From Eledone cirrhosa (taxonomy: Eukaryota), in assembly GCA_964016885.1 (NCBI GenBank), contig OZ024742.1, positions 133,238,001 to 133,302,000 on the forward strand: a stretch of 64,000 nucleotides of DNA, read 5' to 3'. A program made the position numbers and the translations under genes. Shown one piece after another: positions 1 through 12,646 of this stretch. The notes beneath the pieces were generated by a model. That model was given only the letters and a program-made list of their open reading frames with translations. It was not told the origin of the DNA and searched no databases. Within the stretch, counting starts at the first letter, position 1. Each line of letters opens with the position of its first letter.

Positions 1-3000
1 CAGCACCACCATCACCTACACCACAAAAGTCACCAAAATGCGAAACAGAAACAAACCCACAACAAACGCAAACAAAACAAAACAACCAAAACGATACACA
101 CTACACAGCATTAAATTTGAACAACAAGCAATTATTACACTACATCCAACACAACACCAGCATCACAGAAAAAGACTACACAACAACCCCAAAATTCACA
201 CCACCTCCACACATACAAATCACTCGCATCACACAGAACACGTACATGACACTAAAACAAAAATTCCCCAAAGACATCGGAGACTTCCGACAAGCACTCT
301 CCAGGAGGATTTATAAGGACATCCTTCCTGAGGAGGCCACAAGCAGTGAAAAGGATGGAAAAACCGTCCTTCCCCTACGAGAAGTAAGGTAAGTGGTCTT
401 TCCCATCTTTTCCACTCCTTTTCAACATGACCTCACTCAGAATAGGCAGCATAAATGCGCGTGGCTTGGGGTCGTCATGGAAGCAGGGCCACCTGCTCAA
501 CGACCTCAGGTCACTAAACATAGATGTAGTGGCCATCAGCGAGACCAGAATCTCCGAAGCACAGGCTTTCGCACCGATCTTCGGCGGCTACGATGTGTAC
601 GCATCTCCCAGCCGTCCGGGATCGGGAGGAGGAGTTGCTGTGCTTTTTCGGAGAGGTTTGGATCTTGCCATACGGGCCATCTTCCTGGACCCAGAAGGTA
701 AGTTGGTGGTGCTGGACATGACCAGTGGAGACGGCCAAGCTTTCAGGTTAGTGGCCGTCTATGCCCCGACAGGAGCAGGGCGGCCTGATTTCTTCCGGCG
801 TCTGGAGACCTTTCTTGGAACGTCCCGCTCTTTAGTGTTAGTGGGCGACTGGAACGGGATCTTAGATGCACGCTGGGATTGTGTGGGATTAGTGGATAGG
901 GAAGGAGGGTGCAAGAGTCTCACCAACCTGCTCAGACGTTTTGAACTGTCTGACAGGTACCGAATGGATTTCCCGAATGTACCAATGTGGACTTGGACAA
1001 ATCGCATAGGGTCATCCAGATCATATCTAGATAGAGTATTTTGTAGGGAAATAGATAGGTCTAGCATAGGCTGTCCACAATTCAAGATAGTCAGCTACAC
1101 GGACCACAAATTCGTGATCTGTGTGCTTGACTTAGATAGGCTTCATAGACGAGGACCCGGCTACTGGAAGCTAAACGCGTCCTTACCAGCGCGCAAGGCC
1201 TACAGAGACCGGATTAGCGAACTAGTTAAGCGGGCGTTGACGGGGGCCATCGTCAACAACAAGTGGTGGTTTGCTCTGAAAAGAGCAATTAGAATAGAGT
1301 CCATTAGGTTTAGTAAGACTTTAGCAATAGAGAAAAATAGAGCAGAGGGAGAATTAGTTAGAAAATTAGATGAGGCGCTTAGCAAAGGCATCGCGACCGA
1401 CGTACTTGCGGCGAAATTGGCCCTTGACCAATTCTTCAATGCAAAGCACGAAGGCTGCGTTGTCAGAGCTAGGGTGCGTGCTCTCAGACACGAGGGGACG
1501 AAAGCCGTTCAATGGGCCCGAGTGGCGGAGGCGCGTCGTGGCAACAAAGCCACGATCCGGTCTTTGGTGGATCACGACGGGCGCATGCTACTCGATCCCG
1601 GGCAAATGTGTGAAGCTTTTCAGCGACACTTCGCTCAACTGTTCGGGGGCAGTGGCCGGCCGGATCGAAGGATGGACTTTAGTGTCTACCTCGACGGAGT
1701 GCCGCGGCTTTTGGCCACTGAGGCGGAGTGTTGCGAAAAGCCGATAACAACCGCTGAAGTACGGGATGCAATGACTAGTTGCACAAGGGGTAAATCGCCT
1801 GGTTTGGATGGTCTGCCCTATGTACTTTACGTACAAATGCCAAACTTGTTCGGAGGCCTCTTGGCGGACGTCTACTGCAACTGGCAACAGAACGGGAGAA
1901 TTCCCAGCTCTGTGAGCCGAGGAGCGGTGGCGCTGCTGAGAAAGGATCCGAACAAGGGGGAAAACATAGATAATTTTAGGCCCATAACTCTGCTAAACAC
2001 AGAGTTCAAGATTTTGGCCAAGGTGCTAGCAAAGAGGTTGGCGCTTGTCGTTGGTGGTGTGGTGGGAGAGGCACAAACATGCGCCATCCACGACAACCTC
2101 CACCTCATGCAATACATCGTATAGAGGGTAGCTAGGGAACCTGGCACGGGTGGGTCTTTGATCAATTTAGATCAGTCGAAAGCCTTCGATAGGTTCGACC
2201 ATCGTTACCTAGCGGCAGTCCTGAGGGCGGCTGGCTTTGGGCCCGTCTTCAGAGGCTGGATCGCTGCCATGCACAGCGACATCTGCTCTGTAGTGAGAGT
2301 GAACGGTCACTTTCGGAACCGTTCAACATCATGCGCTCGGTCCGCCAAGGATGTTCCCTCTCGTCCCTCTTGTACGTATTGACTCTCGAGCCATTACTGC
2401 ACAAACTGGAGACGTTGAGGGGGGTCCCGCGCGAACTAGGATGCGGAAGATCCGTGTCAGCATATGCCGACGATGTCACCGTAGTGGTGTCGAACGCCAA
2501 ACACATCGAGGCGATCGGCACTACACTAAGAGAATACGAAGCGGTGACAGGAGCAATGATCAACCAGGAAAAGTCGGTGGGCCTGCAGCTCGGCACCTGG
2601 AGAGGCAGGTCTATGCCGTCCAACAGCGTCGTCGGGCGCTGGACGGACGGACCGGTTAAATTGCTAGGGGTCTGGTTCGGTCCAGACCTCCAGACGGACA
2701 AAAACTGGGACGAGGTGACGTGCAGGGTGGCTTCTCTCACCCAGAAATGGGCCTAGAGGAAGCTATCCCTGAAAGGTCGAGCGGAGGTGGCGAATGCGTA
2801 CATCGCATGCGTCATCTACTACCGCCTGACCGTCGCACCTTGTCCTAAGCCCCGCCTGACTCCGCTGGAGCGTTTGCTCTTTCGCTTCTCGTGGAAGGGA
2901 CGCGCTCCGATGGTTAGGCGGTCCATCTGCTGTCAACACCCGCTACGTGGAGGGCTGGGCATGCCGTGGCTGATGATGCGCAGACACGCGCTCAGGCTAC

Positions 3001-4084
3001 GACATTTCCACCTCTTCCTCGACGGTGATCAGGTGTGGTCGCCGTTTGCTAGACGCGTTTTTCCCCAGCTCGTCTCCTTGACGGAGCTGCAGTCCTGGGT
3101 CAAGCGAAGACCGAGAGGGAGCGCTTGGAGACTGGAATGTCTTCAGGCGCTCACAGCCCTCGACCAATCGGGCAATGTGATCGGTGGAAACTCCACCTTG
3201 GCGTTCTATAGGGGATTAGTGGAGGGGAAGAGCGACGACGTACTTGGAGAAACTCTAGGCGTCGACGAAAATAAACTAGCCAATCTCTTCGGAAGGACTT
3301 TCGGGCCGGGGCCTACGGACAACTCCCAGAAATCCCTGGCCTGGCAGTGCTACCGAGGAGCTTTGCCAGTTCGGGATAAACTCTACAGGTGCCGTCAGCC
3401 GGGCATGTCCGAGATGTGCGCAGGGCGACGAAACCGTCCTGCACGCACTCGTCCAGTGTCCGAGCATTGCTGACTTGTGGGTTTATGTCGAACACCTGCT
3501 GTCACGTGTAGGACGGATCCAGCTATCAGCTGAGTCCATCGTGACGATTGCCCCGCCCCCTTCCTTTAGCCGGGAAGGGCAGGCAGTTTTTATCTGTCTG
3601 GTGGCCATGGCGAAAGAGATAGTATGGTGGACACGTTCGAAAGGGCTGAAGACGAGCACTTACCTCTTCGGTGATGCCCTGATTAACTTTTTCAAATTTC
3701 ATTTGAAAAGGAAAATCAGGGTAGAGAGGCAAGTGCTCTCTTCCCAGCATTTTGTTGAAAGTTGGGTGAGAGAAGCAAGTATGGCCCGAATGAATGGGCC
3801 TTCTCTGAGTATGTGTCTGTAAATTAAAGGTGGAAAACTGGGAGAGGGCACTTGCCCTGGTGGTCAGGGCCACTGTGGTCTTTTAATGGGCTTTCTCCAC
3901 AAATGTCCCTCGGAAGTCTCCCCCCTATTGGGGAATTTTTCTTTGTTATTTTATTTCATCCTCTGTTTTTTTTACACGCAGAAATGCCCATTTGTACCGT
4001 CCCGTATTGTCCTGTACTGTCCTTAATGTCTACTTTATGTAAACCCTTGTGGTTAATAAAGAAAACATTATTATTATTATTATT
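1..4084 (+). mobile_element. Tx1/L1-clade non-LTR retrotransposon, copy A (5' part outside window; inactivated)
   Basis: ORF1 C-terminus (..PLREVR*, ends 392), ORF2 427-3822 with APE, RT and CCHC motifs, 3' UTR with AATAAA at 4055-4060, (TTA)n tail 4068-4084; near-identical to the copy 6409 bp downstream. Confidence 0.9.
427..3822 (+). pseudogene. Tx1-like ORF2 (AP endonuclease + reverse transcriptase + C-terminal zinc knuckle), disrupted
   Basis: APE motifs SINARGL, AISET, VYAP, GDWN, YLDRVF, TDH; RT motifs KSPGLDG, NFRPITLLN, DQSKAFD, VRQGC, AYADD; GGLGMP; C-terminal C..C..ETVLHALVQC; stops or frameshifts near 2124, 2310, 2756 and 3390. Confidence 0.9.
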
Positions 4085-4524
4085 TGCATTTATCTTGCTT
4101 TATGTTTATACGAGTTATCACCAAGTCACAACCAGTGACCTCAAGAGACAACAAGGTCCGCCATGTTCAAGAAAGAACACACATATTCACACATGCATCC
4201 TTAGTGTTTAGACTTGTGATGTACTTATATTGACAGGATCTTCCTTAGTATATGGGCAGTTCCCATTAGTACTATCTTTTGTATTTCTCCTATACGCGGG
4301 TTTCCTGGGATTTGCGATAAGTAGTCGTTAGACCCCTTAGGTATCATTCCCAGAGCGCCTACAACCACTGGTATTGTTTTAGTTCTCAATTTCCACATTT
4401 TTCCAATTTCTATCTCTAGGTCCTTATACTTGCTCAATTTTTCAAATGTTTTTATAGATACATTCTTGTCTATTGGAACAGACATATCAATTAGCAGGCA
4501 TACCCTCCTTTCATACCCTCCTCC
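4085..4524 (-). mobile_element. Dong/R4-like RLE non-LTR retrotransposon, 3' fragment
   Basis: ORF 4225-4485 extends upstream as CLLIDMSVP..EKLSKYKDL..IPVVVGALG..TAHILRK, a restriction-like endonuclease C-terminus typical of R4/Dong; bounded on both sides by (TAA)n on its own strand. Confidence 0.8.

Positions 4525-4577
<53 letters not shown>
4525..4577. repeat. (TTA)n microsatellite between the Dong-like fragment and the Tx1 copy B 5' end
   Basis: Direct reading of the sequence. Confidence 0.95.
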
Positions 4578-5094
4578 GGCGACCTACGTAGTAAATCGTA
4601 TCATCGTGAGCTCCGCAAAGGTTTGTTATTTCCGTTTGTTAAAAGTTGTCATTTATGGAAAATTTTATTGTTAACTGTTTATAAGCGCACATACATTGTT
4701 TTCCGAAAAGGACACCGAAAAAGATTGGGGCCTTGTGCCCAAAATTTTAACTTTTATTACTATCAAAAAATTTCTTTGAAAAAAAATGGCTAATTCACCT
4801 CTGCACGAATCAGCTGAAAGCCTTCCTCACAAAATAACACCTCACACCGACACCACCATTGTAAATGTTACTACGTTTGCCAACAAAAAAAAATATAAGC
4901 AGTAGCAATATTTTAAATTTGTCTCGGGCAGACATTCATTTCCCGCCATTACCAATGACTGCATGTGTTAAAGCCTCCACCACCACCACCACCGCGACAA
5001 CCACCACCATCACCACCACCGCGACAACCACCACCACCACCACCGCGACAACAGAAACAAAAGACGAAAAAATAAATTAACTCGTGATGTCGAA

Positions 5095-6801
5095 ATGAAA
5101 TCAAGCAAAATGGACTCTTCCCCACCAAAGACGACTGACGTCACCACCACCACAACTGAAACTAATATTAATATTAACGATAGCAACAACAACAACAATG
5201 ACATTATAACCCCCCCCCCCCTCAGTTTCGCCAGAGTAGCAAAACAATTCGAAGCATTTACGGTAACTCGGGAAGATTTAGAAAATGCCAAACAAATGGT
5301 AAAGAAAGATGGGTACAGGGTCAGCATCACCCCCCCCCCCCCCACCTAATAAAATGGAACATCGGCGCCTATGCACCGTGTCGTAAAGAACAATAAACGT
5401 AAAATCGCGCCGAGTGGAACGGGCATCCAAGTCCCAAATCCAAAAAGCTTTGGGACATGTGTGGGCAAGAAAAACCCACATCAGACGTGGGCAAAAGTAT
5501 GGAACCGTGGACGTGTTCTTCGAAACACCAGAGGAGGCTAGAGAACACTCCATGGCCCCATTAAAAAGTGACGACTTCACACTCGTCCCAAGCTATTGTG
5601 GCCAGAGACTCGTAAAGATCAGCGTGACCCACGTTCCACCGGCCATCGAAATTCCCTGGCTAATAGCGGCCGTCCTCGCCGGCATCGAAGCCAACACGAA
5701 AATAATAGCAATAGCAAAAGAAAAGCAGGAAAACTGGTCCGCATCTGGGATGGAGCTCCTGATCCAAGCGGACCAAAAAAGCACTGAGGAGATCCCAGAG
5801 GTAATAGACCTCACTGACGGCAGCCACCTCACGGTAATTGTCGAGGGCAGAAGACCTAAGTGTGTCGTTTGTGGTGAAGGAACCCACCTAAGGGCTTTCT
5901 GCCCTCAGGCTAAAAGGTTGAGGCCACCTCTCCTACCCATCCCAGTGACACAACCATCAACACCACCAGTAGCAGAGATGGCAGCAACAACTGTAGCAGC
6001 AACAACAGAAGCAACTATAACAGCAACAACCCCAGCAACATTAGCAAAACCAACACCACCACCACCACCAGCAAAACCAACACCACCACCACCCAACGCT
6101 TCAGAACTAGCACCAGCGCCTACACCATCCACCTCGCCACAACCAAAACTAACGGCTGTGGAGGACTTTCCACTGCCCGGCCTATCACAACTGGAGACAG
6201 ATTGTGACGACGAGGAGTGGGAAACGATATCCGGAAAAAAAAAAAGAAACCAAAAAAGAAAAAATTCTCTTCCTTCCCCCTCCAAAAACAAAATACAGAG
6301 GGAAACAAATAAATTAAGAAACAAAAAGTTAGGACAGATATGCCACCATCCACACCAGCATCACCAACCCCATCAACCCAAACACCAACACCATCACCAT
6401 CATTAACCCCAACACCACCATCACCTACACCACAAAGGTCACCAAAATGCGAAACAGAAACAAACCCACAACAAACGCAAACAAAACAAAACAACCAAAA
6501 CGATACACACTACACTGCATTAAATTTGAACAACAGGCAATTATTACACTACATCCAACACAACACCAGCATCACAGAAAAAGACTACACAACAACCCCA
6601 AAATTCACACCACCTCCACACATACAAATCACTCGCATCACACAGAAAACGTACATGACACTAAAACAAAAATTCCCCAAAGACATCGGAGACTTCCGAC
6701 AAGCACTCTCCAGGAGGATTTATAAGGACATCCTTCCTGAGGAGGCCACAAGCAGTGAAAAGGATGGAAAAACCGTCCTTCCCCTACGAGAAGTAAGGTA
6801 A
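5095..6801 (+). pseudogene. Tx1-like ORF1 (gag-like nucleic-acid-binding protein with CCHC knuckle and Pro/Thr-rich tail), frameshifted
   Basis: SFARVA N-terminal motif, CVVCGEGTHLRAFC = CX2CX4HX4C knuckle, EWETISGKKKR motif; frameshift at poly-C 5331-5343, stop at 5384, second frameshift near 6300-6340; ends 35 bp before ORF2. Confidence 0.8.
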
Positions 6802-6835
6802 GTGGTCTTTCCCATCTTTTCCACTCCTTTTCAAC

Positions 6836-9618
6836 ATGACCTCACTCAGAATAGGCAGCATAAATGCGCGTGGCTTGGGGTCGTCATGGAAGCAGGGCCA
6901 CCTGCTCAACGACCTCAGGTCACTAAACATAGATGTAGTGGCCATCAGCGAGACCAGAATCTCTGAAGCACAGGCTTTCGCACCGATCTTCGGCGGCTAC
7001 GATGTGTACGCATCTCCCAGCCGTCCGGGATCGGGAGGAGGAGTTGCTGTGCTTTTTCGGAGAGGTTTGGATCTTGCCATACGGGCCATCTTCCTTGACC
7101 CAGAAGGTAAGTTGGTGGTGCTGGACGTGACCAGCGGAGACGGCCAAGCTTTCAGGTTAGTGGCCGTCTATGCCCCGACAGGAGCAGGGCGGCCTGATTT
7201 CTTCCAGCGTCTGGAGACCTTTCTTGGAACGTCCCGCTCTTTAGTGTTAGTGGGTGACTGGAACGGGATCTTAGATGCACGCTGGGATTGTGTGGGATTA
7301 GTGGATAGGGAAGGAGGGTGCAAGAGTCTCACCAACCTGCTCTGACGTTTTAAACTGTCTGACAGGTACCGAATGGATTTCCCGAATGTACCAATGTGGA
7401 CTTGGACAAATCGCATAGGGTCATCCGGGCGGGCCGGATCGAGGGTGGACTTTAGTGTCTACCTCGACGGACTGCCGCGGCTTTTGGCCACTGAGGCGGA
7501 GTGTTGCGAAAAGCCGATAACAACCGCTGAAGTACGGGATGCAATGACTAGTTGCACAAGGGGTAAATCGCCTGGTTTGGATGGTCTGCCCTATGAACTT
7601 TACGTACAAATTCCAAACTTGTTCGGAGGCCTCTTGGCGGACGTCTACTGCAACTGACAACAGAACGGGAGAATTCCCAGCTCTGTGAGCCGAGGAGCGG
7701 TGGCGCTGCTGAGAAAGGATCCGAACAAGGGGATAACATAGATAATTTTAGGCCCATAACTCTGCTAAACACAGAGTTCAAGATTTTGGCCAAGGTGCTA
7801 GCAAAGAGTTTGGCGCTTGTCGTTGGGGGTCTGGTGGGAGAGGCACAGACATGTGCGATTCCCGACAGATCCATTCACGACAACCTCCACCTCATGCGAT
7901 ACATCGTAGAGAGGGTAGCTAGGGAAACTGGCACGGGTGGGTCTTTGATCAATTTAGATCAGTCGAAAGCCTTCGATAGGGTCGACCATCGTTACCTAGC
8001 GGCAGTCCTGAGGGCGGCTGGCTTTGGGCCCGTCTTCAGAGGCTGGATCGCTGCCATGCACAGCGACATCTGCTCTGTAGTGAGAGTGAACGGTCACCTT
8101 TCGGAACCGTTCAACATCATGCGCTCGGTCCGCCAAGGATGTCCCCTCTCGTCCCTATTGTACGTATTGACTCTCGATCCATTACTGCACAAACTGGAGA
8201 CGTTGAGGGGGGTCCCGCACGAACTAGGATGCGGAAGATCCGTGTCAGCATATGCCGACGATGTCACCGTAGTGGTGTCGAACGCCAAACACATCGAGGC
8301 GATCGGCACTACACTAAGAGAATACGAAGCGGTGACAGGAGCAATGATCAACCATGAAAAGTCAGTGGGCCTGCAGCTCGGCACCTGGCGAGGCAGTTCC
8401 ATGCCGTCCAACAGCGTCGTCGGGCGCTGGACGGACGGACCGGTTAAATTGCTAGGGGTCTGGTTCGGTCCAGACCTCCAGACGGACAAAAACTGGGACG
8501 ATGTGACGAGCAGGGTGGCTTCTCTCACCCAGAAATGGGCCTAGAGGAAGCTATCCCTGAAAGGTCGAGCGGAGGTGGCTAACGCGTACATCGCGTCCGT
8601 CATCTACTACCGCCTGACCGTCGTACCTTGTCCTAAGCCCCGCCTGACTGCGCTGGAGCGTTTGCTCTTTCGCTTCTTGTGGAAGGGACGCGCTCCGATA
8701 GTCAGGCGGTCCATCTGCTGTCAACACCCGCTACGTGGAGGGCTGGGAATGCCGTGGCTGATGATGGGCAGTCACGCGCTCAGGCTACGACATCTCCACC
8801 TCTTCCTCGACGGTGATCAGGTGTGGTCACCGTTTGCTAGACACGTGTTTCCCCAGCTCGTCTCCTTGACGGAGCTGCAGTCCTGGGTCAAGCGAAGACC
8901 GAGAGGGAGCGCTTGGAGACTGGAATGTCTTCAGGCGCTCACAGCCCTCGACCAATCGGGCAATGTGATCGGTGGAAACTCCACCTTGGCGTTCTATAGG
9001 GGATTAGTGGAGGGGAAGAGCGACGACGTACTTGGAGAAACTCTAGGCGTCGACGAAAATAAACTAGCAAATCTCTTCGGAAGGACTTTCGGGCCGTGGC
9101 CTATGGACAACTTCCAGAAATCCCTGGCCTGGCAGTGCTACCGGGGTGCTTTGCCAGTTCGGGATAAACTTTACAGGCATGGAGGTGCCGTCAGCCGGTC
9201 ATGTCCGAGATGCGCACAGGGCGACGAAACCGTCCTGCACGCACTCGTCCAGTGTCCGAGCATTGCTGACTTGTGGGTTTATGTCGAACACCTGCTGTAA
9301 CGTGTAGGACGGATCCAGCTATCAGCTGAGTCCATCGTGAAGATTGCCCCGCCCTCTTCCTTTAGCCGGGAAGGGCAGGCAGTTTTTATCTGTCTGGTGG
9401 CCATGGCGAAAGAGATAGTATGATGGACACGTTTGAAAGGGCTGAAGACGAGCACTTACCTCTTCGGTGATGCCCTGATTAATTTTTTCAAATTTCATCT
9501 GAAAAGGAAAATCAGGGTAGAGAGGGGAGTGCTCTCTTCCCAGCATTTTGTTGAAAGATGGGTGAGAGAAGCAAGTATGGCCCGAATGAATGGGCCTTCT
9601 CTGAGTATGTGTCTGTAA
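6836..9618 (+). pseudogene. Tx1-like ORF2 (APE-RT-CCHC), disrupted, with ~635 bp internal deletion
   Basis: Same motifs as copy A; stops at 7345, 7657, 8544, 9300 and 9423; sequence equivalent to copy A ~1018-1653 is missing at 7426/7427. Confidence 0.9.
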
Positions 9619-9861
9619 ATTAAAGGTGGAAAACTGGGAGAGGGCACTTGCCCTGGTGGTCAGGGCCACTGTGGTATTTTAATAGGCTTTCTCCACAAAT
9701 GTCCCTCGGAAGTCTCCCCCCTATTGGGGAATTTTTCTTTGTTATTTTATTTCATCCTCTGTTTTTTTTACACGCAGAAATGCCCATTTGTACCGTCCTG
9801 TATTGTCCTGTACTGTCCTTAATGTCTACTTTATGTAAACCCTTATGGTTAATAAAGAAAA

Positions 9862-9906
<45 letters not shown>

Positions 9907-9919
9907 CAATAATACAGAA

Positions 9920-10135
9920 GGCGGAGAATGGGCTGTATGGTTAGAGCGTCAGACAATTTGCTTAGTGGCAGAGAGTTACGGCTCTTTACGTTCTGAGTAC
10001 AAATCCCGCCGAGATTAGATTTATCTTGCATACTGATCGATAATATAAAGTACCAGTAAACACTTGAGTCAATTTAATTGACATTCTCCTTCAATTGAAA
10101 CTGCTGGCCTTGTGCCTGAAATAATTATAATATTA
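9920..10135 (+). mobile_element. tRNA-derived SINE (diverged copy)
   Basis: GGCGG head, B-box-like GAGTACAAATCC, conserved ATAAAGTACCAGTAA core and GCTGGCCTTGTGCC 3' part shared with other copies. Confidence 0.75.
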
Positions 10136-10165
10136 TCAGTATTTCTTATTCTATATATATTTATT

Positions 10166-10306
10166 AATATAACAGATTAAAGTTTAAGCAAAGAATCGCA
10201 GTTTTCACCCTTAACGGGATCTTCTCTACGGTTCTTATATATTTGATATCGATTCATCCTTATCGAGCCCTTTTGGGATATTAGTTTTCAAATGTATTAT
10301 TATTAC

Positions 10307-10308
<2 letters not shown>
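10166..10308 (-). repeat. short interspersed repeat in (TA)n, second copy at ~26502-26620; probable PLE terminus
   Basis: AATAACAGATTAAAGTTTAAGCAAAGAATCGCAG and ATCCTTATCGAGCCC shared by both loci; degenerate HHR-like GAAGA-TCCC-GTTAA-GGGT-GAAA on -. Confidence 0.5.
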
Positions 10309-10347
<39 letters not shown>

Positions 10348-10478
10348 ATATTAATAATAAGGGTTGACGGACCCAGCACATTTATCAATGCCAGTACCGG
10401 TTGTATCTCAGCGCACTCAATGGACAATGTAAAATACATTACCAGAGCACACACACACACACACTAACACACACACAC

Positions 10479-10538
<60 letters not shown>

Positions 10539-10941
10539 ACACATATGAGTAGAAGTGGTATTTAATTCGTTGGAAGTCCGACAAACACAAATGTTTATAA
10601 CTGATTTAGAGCACAAAACATATTACTCGAGTAAATATTCAATGATATTAAATAAATGGAAACTATATTTATAAAACCATATTTATTATATTATATATAT
10701 TTCAAGGGTAACCGCGACAACATTGGTACGCTTTCATCAGATAAAATACAAAGTTTGTTTTATAAATTGAGACATACCGATGAAAATCATACCTAATCGG
10801 TTGGAAATTCCCTGGATAGTGAATTTGCAACCAATAAGGTATGATTTTACCCTTGAAATGAATATGGTTTTAGAAATATAGTTTCCATTTATTTATTATC
10901 ATTGAATATATAAATGTATGTATGTATGTATCTATGTATAC

Positions 10942-10977
<36 letters not shown>

Positions 10978-11367
10978 GTGTGTGTGTGTGTCTGTGTGTG
11001 TATGTGTGTGTATGTGTTAGTATGTGTGTGTATATACATGGATAGAGTCTTATTTCTATCTAATTTCTCCATCTTGACATATATAATTATAATTCTATAT
11101 ATCTTTATCAAAAACTGGATGGGTGACCTAACTTTAGTCAAAAGTATTGCAATAAGCGTCTACTCTATGAGGCTTCAAAACATTTTGCTATTCTAGGATT
11201 AATTATTCACTTCTATTATACTATTTTGGAATACTGCTAACTTAAACATAGCCAGTAATCTTGAAAATGATGAACGAGCTGTCATTGCACATATATTGAA
11301 ATGTATAAGCACGCGCGAAATATAGGCAATTCATCTATTCATTCTACTACATCCTCAGAACACCTTG

Positions 11368-12245
<878 letters not shown>

Positions 12246-12556
12246 TGTGTGAACGTGTGTGTATGTGTCTTAGAATGGGAGTAAATGTCGTTATGTATAA
12301 CTGCATATATATATTTGTAAGCATGTATGTATATTTTTCTTAGTAAATATATTCTGTTGATATGATCATATTATACAAGCACATATTCTCTCTCCATATC
12401 TCATCACACATTCTGAATATGCATGTACCCTAATCTTTTATATATAAATACATATATATATATATATGTATGTGTGAGTGTGTGTGTGTGTGCGTGTGTG
12501 TGTGTGTGAATATATATATATATGTATGAGTGTGTATATATATATATATACATGTG

Positions 12557-12598
<42 letters not shown>

Positions 12599-12602
12599 TT
12601 GT

Positions 12603-12646
<44 letters not shown>

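Larger units (their letters stand above)
4578..9906 (+). mobile_element. Tx1/L1-clade non-LTR retrotransposon, copy B (apparently full-length ends, internal deletion, inactivated)
   Basis: Begins right after (TTA)n; about 500 bp 5' UTR, ORF1 5095-6801, ORF2 6836-9618, 3' UTR with AATAAA at 9851, (TTA)n tail 9863-9906. Confidence 0.9.

Noticed and set aside
514-9669. Antisense and alternate-frame ORFs over the Tx1 copies
   Set aside because: Shadow frames of GC-rich LINE coding sequence; no independent motifs
1-9906. Copies A and B as an assembly duplication artefact
   Set aside because: They differ by many substitutions and private indels, so they are distinct copies
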